Part shown: piece after piece, positions 49,807-60,700 of the stretch
How positions within the stretch are numbered: position 1 is the stretch's first letter
How the letters are laid out: each line of letters opens with the position of its first letter
Origin: a virus
Length of the DNA stretch: 64,000 nt
Virus record (IMG/VR): IMGVR_UViG_3300020470_001965
Reading direction: 5' to 3' (one strand)
Position numbers and translations under genes: made by a program
Notes under the pieces: model-generated
What the model was told of the DNA's origin: nothing
Seen by the model: the letters and a program-made list of their open reading frames with translations, nothing else
Database searches by the model: none

Positions 49807-51297
49807 ATGCCTAAGCAGAACTTAAATATTGGGTCGGCTGCAAATGACGGGACAGGCGATAGTCTCAGGGATGGTGCTATCAAACTGAATAGCGTCATTG
49901 ATGAGTTGTACACTGCTCTCGGCAACGATACCAACCTACAAATCAACGTCGGCACTCCCTCGACTGGTCAATTCCTCAAGTGGAATGGCACAGCATTTGC
50001 TGAAGGGGGTTTTAATGCATTAACAGAAGACCTTAGTGTTAATACCCATAGTATTGTATCAACCGCTAATGGTAATATTGATATTAAACCAAATGGTACT
50101 GGACATATAAGATTTTGGACAGGAAGCACAGGTGCTCCTCTGACTATAATTGATGGTGCAGATGGTAAGTTAAAGTGGTCTAACCACTTTGATAATGTTG
50201 CTGGTCTACCAGATGCAACTACCTATCATGGTATGTTTGCTCATGCTCATGCTGAAGGAAAGGGATACTTTGCTCACGCTGGTAACTGGGTAGAAATAGT
50301 TGATGTCACATCAAGCATTGGTAAGCTTACTGACGTAGATATGACAGTCGGTGGAGGTCCGAGTGATGGTCAAGTTCTTAAATGGTCCGCATCAAATAAT
50401 CACTGGTATGCTGCTAACGATGAAACTGCATCTGGTGGCGGTGGTGGAACCACTCAAAATTTATTTGAAGGAATCGTTGCTGACTCTGGCAGTACTACTG
50501 CTAGTGCTCCTACTGATGTCCTTACAATTGCGGGAGGCACTGAGATCTCGACTTCAATCGCAGGAGACACCCTCACCATAAACATGACAGGTACTCTGGG
50601 TGATGCAAACCAGAATGCTTATGGAATAATTGGAAGTGACTCAGGAAACAAAACCGCAGGTAGTGCAACTGCTACTATTAACGTCGTTGGTGGGACTGGG
50701 GTTAGTACTGCTATTTCAGGAGATGACCTTACGATTACTAATGATTCTCCCAACGTAGTCCAAGAAGTTTATAGAACAATAACTGGAGACAGTGGTACCA
50801 CAACTGCTGCGTTGTCCACATCATCTCTGGCGATTGTAGGTGCAACAAACCATATATCAACTGCTGTTACATCAAATACTGTAACACTAAGTGTTATCAA
50901 TCCTCTACCAGCTTCTGCTACTGAGAATGATAATATCATTTATGATGAGCAGAATGGTGAATGGGTTGTTACTGAGAGTCCTACTGTTGGATTCACCGTT
51001 TCGTCAAATGGAACTTCAGCATATAGATTAGCTGGTGGTGGTGTTAATGCATCATCTGATAACCCAACAATCTATGTCTATAGAGGTTTCACTTATAGAT
51101 TCTATAACTCCACAGGTGCAGGTCACCCATTTGCCTTAAGGCAGACTTCTGGTGGTAGTGCTGTTACTAATGGTGTTAGTGGATCACAAACAGGTGTGCA
51201 GTATTGGACAATTCCACAGACATTATCTGCTGGCACAACCTATGTTTATCAATGCACACTCCACTCAGCAATGGTTGGAAATATAGTAGTAGTCTAA
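49807..51297 (+). CDS. gp9/gp10-like baseplate-attached fibre with C-terminal cupredoxin-like domain
   Basis: N-terminus KQNLNIGSAANDGTGDSLRDG..K.N....ELY; three DSG-T-TA repeats; C-terminal GHPF...YQCTLHSAMVG; CTAAATA upstream. Confidence 0.8.
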   Translation: MPKQNLNIGSAANDGTGDSLRDGAIKLNSVIDELYTALGNDTNLQINVGTPSTGQFLKWNGTAFAEGGFNALTEDLSVNTHSIVSTANGNIDIKPNGTGHIRFWTGSTGAPLTIIDGADGKLKWSNHFDNVAGLPDATTYHGMFAHAHAEGKGYFAHAGNWVEIVDVTSSIGKLTDVDMTVGGGPSDGQVLKWSASNNHWYAANDETASGGGGGTTQNLFEGIVADSGSTTASAPTDVLTIAGGTEISTSIAGDTLTINMTGTLGDANQNAYGIIGSDSGNKTAGSATATINVVGGTGVSTAISGDDLTITNDSPNVVQEVYRTITGDSGTTTAALSTSSLAIVGATNHISTAVTSNTVTLSVINPLPASATENDNIIYDEQNGEWVVTESPTVGFTVSSNGTSAYRLAGGGVNASSDNPTIYVYRGFTYRFYNSTGAGHPFALRQTSGGSAVTNGVSGSQTGVQYWTIPQTLSAGTTYVYQCTLHSAMVGNIVVV

Positions 51298-51298
51298 T

Positions 51299-53149
51299 AT
51301 GGCAAGAACAGTCCCTGGTAGCGGTGCTTCTATTACCCCTATATTCAATAGTATATACGGGGTAAGGGATGTTTATGTGAACTCAGGTGGTCAGGATTAT
51401 GATCCTAATGACCCACCAAGATTACGAATAGAGAATTGTGGCACACCTATTAGAGATGCAGTTTTAAGAGCAGTTATTGCTAATAATGGTGAGATAACTG
51501 CTGTAGAAGTATTAGACCCAGGAGAAGGTTATGACCCGTTACGTCTTGTTATTGATGATGATGGTTCCTCTCAAACTGCTGCTGGCAACGTATATCTTAA
51601 AGACGACGGGTCTGGTGGATTGGATTTCATCCAAATTACCACACCTGGAGACAGTTATTTCGATGCTACAGCCAGGATAGATGGTGGTGGAGGGTCAGGT
51701 AGTGAGCTTGTCCCTGTTACTGGACTGGTAACTGGTATTGCTATTGAAGAAGAAGGTAGAAACTACACAGAAGAAGATGTAAACATCATCATATCAGGTG
51801 GTGGAGGAGACGGTGCTACTGGTGTTGCTAGTGTCAATCGTTTTGGTTCAGTTACATCCATTACATTAACAAATCAAGGTGAATTCTTTGAAACACCTCC
51901 TCTGATACAGATAATTAAAGGCGGGGGTAGTGGTGCAACGGCCGAAGCATTCATTGACCTTGGAAGAATAACAAATATTGACCTCTTGTCTGGTGGTGGA
52001 GGATATGTTGCCGACCCAGAGGTTATCTTTACTAGAGATACTGACCTTATTAGGACTGCAAGAAATAGACAGTCACTTAACTCTGTCTTATACAACCTTA
52101 CAGGTCTATTAGAAGATGCCAACTCTAATCAATCAACTATACATGTTGAGACAACTAATCCTTATCCAGGATCAGGTAAAGTATTGATTGGTAGAGAGGT
52201 TATAAGATATACTGGTAAAACTGCAACCTCATTCACTGGATGTGATAGAGGTATTAACTTCAGATTTGACCAGAAAGTTATCTTAGATAACTTACAGGAT
52301 GACCCAGAAACAGGTGAAACTCAATACTTATTCCAAGTAACTGACAAAGTTAGAAGAGTAGTTGAGAGTGAATCAAACCGAGTTGCTATTGTATATGACT
52401 GGGATCCTAGTGAAAGAGCACTATATCTGACATTCCAAGTTGATGAATTAGCATTCATTGATGGTGGTAGGTCTAATGAGAAGGCAAAGATTATTGCTTT
52501 TGTAGCAGGTACTGCTGGTGCTTCAGGGACAGGTGTTGAGCCTCATACCCTAATAGAATCCATTGGTAATGATATTGTTACATTCACGAATCCATTAGGT
52601 GCTATCCTAAATAGAGCATTCGAGGATGATGATGAGTTAGATGGTGCTGGTGACGGCATACCTGACTTAATTAACACTAATACTGAGTTTGAAAATCAGA
52701 TTAGTCTTGATGGTGGTATAGCATCATCTCTCTATGGTATTGAAGAGACATTAGGTGGCACAAACACCACACTCTTCCAAGTAGGAGACCAAATATATGA
52801 TGGTAACCAGAACTCTTTAGTAGCAACAATACAGGGTGCTGGTGCTTTAGGGGATGGAGATTCTCATACATCTACTGCTACCATTAAAGCAACATATTTA
52901 CAAGCATCTGCTGCATTTAATGCTACCGAGCAATTAGAAGCTTTGACAACAGGCATTACCGCAACTGGTGTAACTCTAACTGCTGGTGACACATCAGAAC
53001 AAATAATCATCACAGCTCAAAGCATAACATCTAATGGTGCTAACTATAAGTTTACCATAGGTGAAACCCTTAGAGGTAACTCTACTGGAGCACAAGCGAA
53101 GATAGATTATGTAGAGTACAATACCTACCTCAGAAATGAGGAGGACTAA
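51299..53149 (+). CDS. virion structural protein with Gly-rich (GxGY...GGG.GA.A) repeats
   Basis: 616 aa; same repeat type as gp7; in the baseplate cluster. Confidence 0.75.
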   Translation: MARTVPGSGASITPIFNSIYGVRDVYVNSGGQDYDPNDPPRLRIENCGTPIRDAVLRAVIANNGEITAVEVLDPGEGYDPLRLVIDDDGSSQTAAGNVYLKDDGSGGLDFIQITTPGDSYFDATARIDGGGGSGSELVPVTGLVTGIAIEEEGRNYTEEDVNIIISGGGGDGATGVASVNRFGSVTSITLTNQGEFFETPPLIQIIKGGGSGATAEAFIDLGRITNIDLLSGGGGYVADPEVIFTRDTDLIRTARNRQSLNSVLYNLTGLLEDANSNQSTIHVETTNPYPGSGKVLIGREVIRYTGKTATSFTGCDRGINFRFDQKVILDNLQDDPETGETQYLFQVTDKVRRVVESESNRVAIVYDWDPSERALYLTFQVDELAFIDGGRSNEKAKIIAFVAGTAGASGTGVEPHTLIESIGNDIVTFTNPLGAILNRAFEDDDELDGAGDGIPDLINTNTEFENQISLDGGIASSLYGIEETLGGTNTTLFQVGDQIYDGNQNSLVATIQGAGALGDGDSHTSTATIKATYLQASAAFNATEQLEALTTGITATGVTLTAGDTSEQIIITAQSITSNGANYKFTIGETLRGNSTGAQAKIDYVEYNTYLRNEED

Positions 53150-53153
53150 CTCC

Positions 53154-53161
53154 CATAAATA
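53154..53161 (+). promoter_or_regulatory. late promoter variant CATAAATA
   Basis: Intergenic, just upstream of gp8. Confidence 0.7.
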
Positions 53162-53183
53162 AAAAGAAGGCAATTGTAAAGTA

Positions 53184-54719
53184 ATGGCGTTACTTACCGA
53201 CCAATTTAGAATATTTACTGCTGAGAGATTCAGAAAGTCTCTTGAAGGTCCTGATGCGACACAATCTGACCTGTTGGCAGGTGCTAGTCGGGATCGTCTA
53301 TACGTCTTTATCGGTAGACCACAACCGTGGGATAACGAGAATGCTCCTCCAGACCCAGTAGATTCATTCCAAGAATTTTCCGATGACTTTTCGGATATGA
53401 TATCCCTGAAGCGTGTGTTAGCGAATGACACCATTCAGGTAATCCGTCGTACAGACTGGATTCCCCCAGAGCAGACTACTGGTGGTCTGGGTTATGTTTA
53501 TGATATGTATCGTCATGATTACTCCTCGACTAAAACGGCATCGTCGGGTGCTACGAAGTTATACGACGCGGATTTCTACGTTGTTAACTCGTCCTATCAA
53601 GTATACAAGTGCATTTACAACGGGACATCTCCTTCTGATCCTAATGGTAAACCTAGTACTGTTGAGCCTACTGGCACCTCCACTTCAATTATCACAACTG
53701 CTGACGGTTACCGTTGGAAGTATATGTATACGATCCCTGTGGGTCAAGTCCTGAAATTCTTCTCCAACGAATATATGCCAGTGTTATCTGACACTGCTGT
53801 TGTGGCAGACGCTGTTGGTGGAGAGATTGACACTGTTATTATTGCATCTTCAGGTGCAGGTTATAACAATGGCACCTATGAAAATGTCCCCATCAAGGGT
53901 GATGGTGTAGGTGGTAGGGTATCACTTGTAGTTGATGGTGGTCGTATTGTATCTGCTACTGTTACATCTGGTGGTAGTGGTTATACATTCGGTAAGATTA
54001 TTATTGATGAGGTAAACGGTATTGGAGCTGGCACAGGAACAGGTGGTAGCGTCGAAGTCGTAATTGCCCCAGTAAAAGGTCATGGTGCTGATCCAGCAAC
54101 TGAGTTGGGTGGATTTAGAGTCATGATTAACACCAAGTTTACATACGATGAGGGTAGTGGTGACTTCCCAACTGACAACGACTATCGTCGTATTGGTCTA
54201 GTCATTAACCCAAACAAGTATGGCACTCAGGAGTTAACTTCTGAGCTTACGTTATCTGCAACGAAGGCAGTTATTTTCTCTCCTACGTTTACAGGTAACT
54301 TCCAAACTGATGAGATTATAACTCAATCCCGTACTGTTGGTGGTCAGCAAGTGACTGCTAGAGGTCGGGTTATTTCATGGAATAGTACCACTAAGGTACT
54401 TAAGTATTATCAAAATAGGATTGACGGTGTTTTCCCTGAATTCACTGGTAACCTTATTGAATTTGAAGGAGGCAACCCTGTTGTGGGTTCAACCTCAGGT
54501 GCATCTGCTGACCCAGACATTAACTTCCCGATTGTTTCTGGATCCTCTACGAGGGTTATTAACAACGCTGAGTATGACTTAGGTATGGCATTCACTAACG
54601 GTTATGCAAAGGCAGAAGTTGACCCCAACTCTGGCGAAGTTATCTACATAGATAACCGAGGAGCGATTACTCGTGCAGGAGACCAAATCGAAGACATCAA
54701 AATCGTAATCGAGTTCTAA
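53184..54719 (+). CDS. gp8: baseplate wedge subunit gp8
   Basis: TDQFRI, YVFIGRPQPW, YDMYRHDY, VYKCIYN, DGYRWKYMYTI, SGEVIYIDNR...Q.EDIKIVIEF. Confidence 0.93.
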   Translation: MALLTDQFRIFTAERFRKSLEGPDATQSDLLAGASRDRLYVFIGRPQPWDNENAPPDPVDSFQEFSDDFSDMISLKRVLANDTIQVIRRTDWIPPEQTTGGLGYVYDMYRHDYSSTKTASSGATKLYDADFYVVNSSYQVYKCIYNGTSPSDPNGKPSTVEPTGTSTSIITTADGYRWKYMYTIPVGQVLKFFSNEYMPVLSDTAVVADAVGGEIDTVIIASSGAGYNNGTYENVPIKGDGVGGRVSLVVDGGRIVSATVTSGGSGYTFGKIIIDEVNGIGAGTGTGGSVEVVIAPVKGHGADPATELGGFRVMINTKFTYDEGSGDFPTDNDYRRIGLVINPNKYGTQELTSELTLSATKAVIFSPTFTGNFQTDEIITQSRTVGGQQVTARGRVISWNSTTKVLKYYQNRIDGVFPEFTGNLIEFEGGNPVVGSTSGASADPDINFPIVSGSSTRVINNAEYDLGMAFTNGYAKAEVDPNSGEVIYIDNRGAITRAGDQIEDIKIVIEF

Positions 54720-54722
54720 GAC

Positions 54723-57700
54723 ATGCCACAGAATACTAATTTAAACATTAGTCCTTATTTTGACGACTTCGATAAGGATAAGAATTTTTACAGAGTGTTA
54801 TTCCGACCTGGATATCCAATACAGGCACGTGAATTAACGACACTACAATCGATTCTTCAGAATCAGTTGGAATCGATTGGACAGCACTTCTTCAAAGAAG
54901 GTGCTATGGTTATTCCTGGTCAGGTTGGTTACGACCTACAGGTGCAAGCGATTGTACTTCAACAATCTTTCCTTGGGGTAGATATTGAGACCTATAGGAA
55001 TCAATTGACTGGACAGATTATTGAGGGTATAACAACTGGTATCAAAGCAAAAGTATTATATTCAATTCCTGCTACAGAGTCTTCACGTGGCTATGTCACT
55101 CTGTATGTTAAGTATATTGAATCAGGTGATACTACTTCAGATACTACTATCAAGACCTTCCAAGCTAATGAGCAGTTACTTGCCGAGAATGAGATTACGT
55201 TCGGCACAACTCTTATTGAGGTAGGATCTCCATTCGCACAACTTCTTCCTGTTGATTCAACTGCTATAGCATCTACTGCATATATCAATCAGGGTGTATA
55301 CTTTATCAGAGGACATTTCGTAGATGTACCATCGTCTCACCTTATCCTTGAGCAATATAGCAACAACCCTTCCTACAGGGTTGGATTGGAAGTTTCAGAA
55401 TCCATTGTCACTCCAGAAGACGACCCGTCTCTTAATGACAATGCGGCTGGCACATCTAACTACTCTGCTCCAGGTGGTCACAGATTTAGAATTAAAACTG
55501 CTCTCGTCAAGAAAGCAATCAATGACGAAACTGACAAAAACTTCATTGAATTATTGCGTATCAACAACTCAAAAGTTGAGCAATTCGTTAATCACACTGC
55601 ATATTCAGAGCTTGAAAGATCTCTCGCAAGACGTACGTTTGAGGAGAGTGGAGACTATGTAATTGATACCTTCAGTGTTACTGCAAGGGAAAACTTAGAT
55701 GATGGATTTAACAACGGTGTATATCGTGCAGGTGAAACTACTTCAGGTGGTGCTATTGCATCAGATGATTTGATATCATTCGAGGTATCACCAGGACGTG
55801 CATATGTTAAAGGATATAGGACTGAGTTTCTTGTACCACAATTTGTGGATGCTCCTAAGCCAAGAGACTTTGAGTCAGTAAATAACGCTATATTAGCATT
55901 CAGGTTAGGACAATTTGTAAAAGTCTACGACGTATATGGATGGCCAGATTTAACTGGTGAAGGAGTTTCTGCTGCTTACCAGACACTAGAATTATATGAT
56001 GACTGGACTCTTAATACCACTAACTCAGTAGTAGGTAGACAGATTGGTAGATGTCGCACTGCTCAGTTGCAAGAAGATACAGCAACTGTGTGGGATATGT
56101 GGATCTTTGATGCACAAATGTGGACTGCTATCAACTTTGTTGCAGGTAATACCACAGTACAAGTTGGTGATAGACTAAGAGGACGTACATCTAACGCTAA
56201 AGGTTTTGTTGCTGATGCTGGTGCAGGTAACTATTGCTCACTAGAGCAGGTCTCTGGTACATTCATACCAGGTGAGGTTATTGAAAGAGACGGTAGGGTA
56301 GTTGGTACTCTTGATGCTGCTCATACATTCAACCTTACTGACACTAGATCATGTCGTGGTAGAAACGCAGGTAACACTATTATCTTTGGTGCTAACTGGT
56401 TACTCAACGACCTTAAAGAATTAGAAGGTAGCACACATACTCTTGATATTACTTCTGGTACTAAAACCTTAGTTGGTTTCCGTAGTAAGTATGCTGAAGA
56501 CCTTCGCCCAGGTGATGTTATATCACATACAAACTCCAGTGGAGAGGGTGAAAATTCGACTCGTATTGAGAGAGTAGACCCTCAATATATCAAGGTATAC
56601 CCTGGTAACTCACATACAGGAAGTGCCTATAATATTTTCGACTACCTTACCCAAACGGCCAGAGTTGATCATTCGCTGACTAAGGGTAGTATAGTTGGTG
56701 CTCCGACTGAATATTCTACGATGGTAAGGATGCGTCCTTTCATCTTCCAGAAAGATTACCAGAATGGAGAATTGTCTATTGACTGTCCACGGACATCAAT
56801 GAAGTCAATCTCTGACGAATCATTCTTTGTCTATAGGACATTTGCTAACAAGACTGTTGTATCTGGTGGTGTTACTGTATCACTACCTGAGTCTGAACAG
56901 TTTGCAACACTGGATGATGAGAACTATATCCTAACGATTGTTGCTGAATCAGGAAGTGCATGGAGTGTTGGTGATAACCTTAACATTGATGCATTAAATG
57001 ATTCTGGTGTTTTGACAGTTACCTTTGGTGCTGACAGACAGAGTATTACTATTGACCAGTTAGCAAACGTATCAACTGTCAAATTAACTGCTCTTGTATC
57101 TAAGAATATTGTTACTAAGAAGATTAAGACCGCCGCTAAGATGAGAGCGATGAAGGTCATCAGGACACGTGAGAATAATGATGTCCAGAAGTATGGTCTT
57201 GCTTATGGTAACCTATATGGTACTCGTATTGAAGACGAGGATATTTCATTCGCATTGAATGATGTCTATAAGATTCATGCTGTATATGAATCTGAAAATG
57301 ACAATGAAGCATTTGCACCTTATTGTGTACTTACAGAAGCAACCTTCTTTGATAGTGGGTCAGTTGTAATAGGTAAGACATCAGGTGCTAGAGGTAGGGT
57401 TATACAGTTTATTAACTCCACTCTGAGACTACATTTTGTCCAATTAAATGAGATACCTTTCATACCAGGTGAAGGTATAGACGGTGTAGACGATGATGGT
57501 AACCCATTAACAGCAATAATTGACGACGCTGAAGGGTCAGTGGCCAAAGGTAGTAAAGTTATTACTACACAGTTTGAACTAGACCCAGGACAGAAAGCAC
57601 ACTTCTATGATGTTTGTAGATTACAGAGGTTAGCACAGTTTACACCTCCTATCCGTAAACTTCTAGTTATCTTTGACTACTTCGTACATGAATCATCTGG

Positions 57701-60700
57701 AGATTACTTTGCTGCACAGTCATATACTGGTATTACCTACAAAGAAATTCCAAAATATAAACTTGATGGATCAATTAACTACATCAGAGACCAAGTGGAC
57801 TTCCGTCCAGGTGTCGGTGAGTTAGCATCAGGTACAGGTACTATATCTGCTCCCTTCTATGTAAATTGTGCCTCGCTCGATTTTGCGGCCAGACAATTTG
57901 ACACCTCTGGTGGTGTTGGTGGATCTACCATCTTTGATATACCGAAGGTGAATACAGAGATTCGTATGGACTATTCATACTATCTCCCACGTGCAGATAA
58001 ACTATACCTAACACATGATAATATCTTGAAGATAGTTCAAGGTGTTTCTTCTGAAGACTTACCACCACCTGATGAGATTCAGAATGCTATGTTGTTATGC
58101 TCTATTGAATATAGACCATACACATATGATGTAGAAAGAGATATCTTAATTACACCTGAGATTATTCGTCGATATACCATGAAGGATATCGGTGACTTAG
58201 AGACTCGACTATCTCACGTTGAATACTATACTTCTCTATCTCTACTTGAGGTACAGGCAGAGAATACTAAGACATATGATGACAACGGATTCGACCGTCT
58301 GAAGAATGGTTACGTTGTTGATGACTTCACTGACCACACATTAGGTGACGTGCTCAGTGTTGACTATAAGTGCTCTATGGACTTTAGGATGGGTCACTTA
58401 AGACCATCTCACTATACGACTAACGTCCCACTAGAGATGGACATTACAGCGTCCACAAATATTGTCAAGACTCCAGGTAACATGGCATTGTTACCTTGGG
58501 AAGACGAAGTAATAATTACACAACCTTATGCATCTAGGACAGAGAATGTAAACCCATTTAACGTGTTTACTTTCATTGGTCGTATTGACCTGACTCCTGC
58601 ATCAGATGACTGGGTTGATATTAAACGTTTACCTGCTCGTGTTGAAAACGTAGAAGGTGACTTCTCTGCTGTAAGTAGAGACCTACAGGTTGACCAAAAT
58701 GGATTCGCTCCTATTCAGTGGGGTTCATGGAGGACTAACTGGACAGGTGAGTCACTACAATCTACAAGTAGATGGAGAAACAGGTCAGGTTCATTCAGTG
58801 CAGGTGGTCGTAGACTCGGTAGATTGGGTCACGGTCAAGGAAGACAACCACTGTTTGTCCACGAAAGAAGGACATGGAGGGTTGTTAACAACCAAGCACG
58901 TCAAGGTGTTAGGACTCGTGTCGTACCTAAGATTGACCGTAAGTCATTAGGTGACAGAGAATTATCACGTAGTGTTATACCTTGGATTAGGTCACGTAAC
59001 GTTGCATTCAACGTTGAAAGACTTAAGCCTCGCACAAGATTCTATGTATTCTTTGATGGTGTTAATGTAAGTAACTACATCACACCTAAGGTTATTGAGT
59101 TAATCAAGTCTTCTACAGCAGACCCAGATACTAACGAGACACCTTTCGTTGTTGGTGAGACTGTTATAGGACAGACCTCAGGTTGCCGTCTAAAGATTGC
59201 TGCTGCAAATGATGGATATAAGACTGACCCATATGGGACAGGTACTGATGCATTAGCAGAGTCTTATGCATCACAAACAGGTTATATTAATATTGATACT
59301 ACAGTTGCTGCTGAGAGTGTTAACCCTAATTTCTTCGGAAATGTAAACGTCGGTGAGGTGCTAGTAGGCCAGACTTCTGGTGCTCGCGCTAAAGTTAAAG
59401 ACCGTCGTATTCTTACAGATAACATTGGTAGTGTTAAAGGTACATTCTTTATTCCTAATCCAGGTAATGATTCCAACCCACGTTGGGCAACTGGTACTAG
59501 GACAATTAGATTTACCACTAATGAAGTTAACTCTAAAGCACCAGGAGATGTCCAGTCATCAGCTGATGGCACATATACTGCACAAGGTCAGTTAAGGACA
59601 ATCCGAGAGACTATTCTTTCTATCCGTAATGCTGAGTTGGTTAGAGATACAGTATCTGATACAAGGACTGTCATCACAACTAGGTCTGAGACAAGACAGA
59701 TTGGTTGGTATGACCCTCTTGCACAATCCTTTATCGTTGATGAAGAGGGTGGTGTATTCCTAACTGGTATTGATATCTTCTTCAAGAGTAAGGATGCTAA
59801 CATTCCTATCTCTATGCAGATAAGGACTATGGAGAATGGTATGCCTACTAAGGATATCTTACCTTTCTCTGATACAACTATTAGTCCTGATTCAATTGAA
59901 TTGTCTGATAACGCAGCAATTCCAACAAGGTTTACATTCAGGTCACCTGTTTATATCAAACAGTCAACTGAATACTGTTTCGTCTTACTATCTGACTCAA
60001 ACGAATATAATGTCTGGATATCCCGAATGGGAGACATCGATGTCTCAGGGACAAGGACTATATCTGAGCAGCCCTATGCTGGTGTCTTATTCAAGTCACA
60101 AAACGCATCTACTTGGACTGCTGACCAGTTTGAAGACTTGAAGTTCACGGTGTATCGTGCCAAGTTTACTCAGATGAGTGGTACTGCAATACTTAAGAAT
60201 GCAGAATTAGGACGTGGTAACGGTGGTATTCACAACTTGATTGAGAATCCAATCCTAACATTGAAGCCAAAACAGACTCTACTTCTACCTGTAGGAAACA
60301 ATTATAACTTCACTATTGGTGCAAGAATTACACAGAGTCCATCAGGTGCATCTGCTACTATTAAAGAGTTTGATGCTGTATCAGACCCAGAAAAATTAAC
60401 GGTCACCGACATTGATGGCCAGTTTGCAGCAGGTTTCTTAGATGCTAACAACGACCCATTCCAAGGTCTTGCTTCATCTCAGTCTGTCGCAGAGATTGTA
60501 TTGTCTGCTATCTACAATGGTGTCTTTGAGCAGGGAGATGTGGTCACAGGATCTACTTCTGCTGCACAAGGTATCTGTACTTCATATGATGCAGGCACTA
60601 GCACATTGACTCTAAACTATATCACTAAAGCATTCGACCCAAGTGATACGTTATCAGAGCCAGGAGGCACGTCAGCTACTATAACAAGTATCACCTATAC

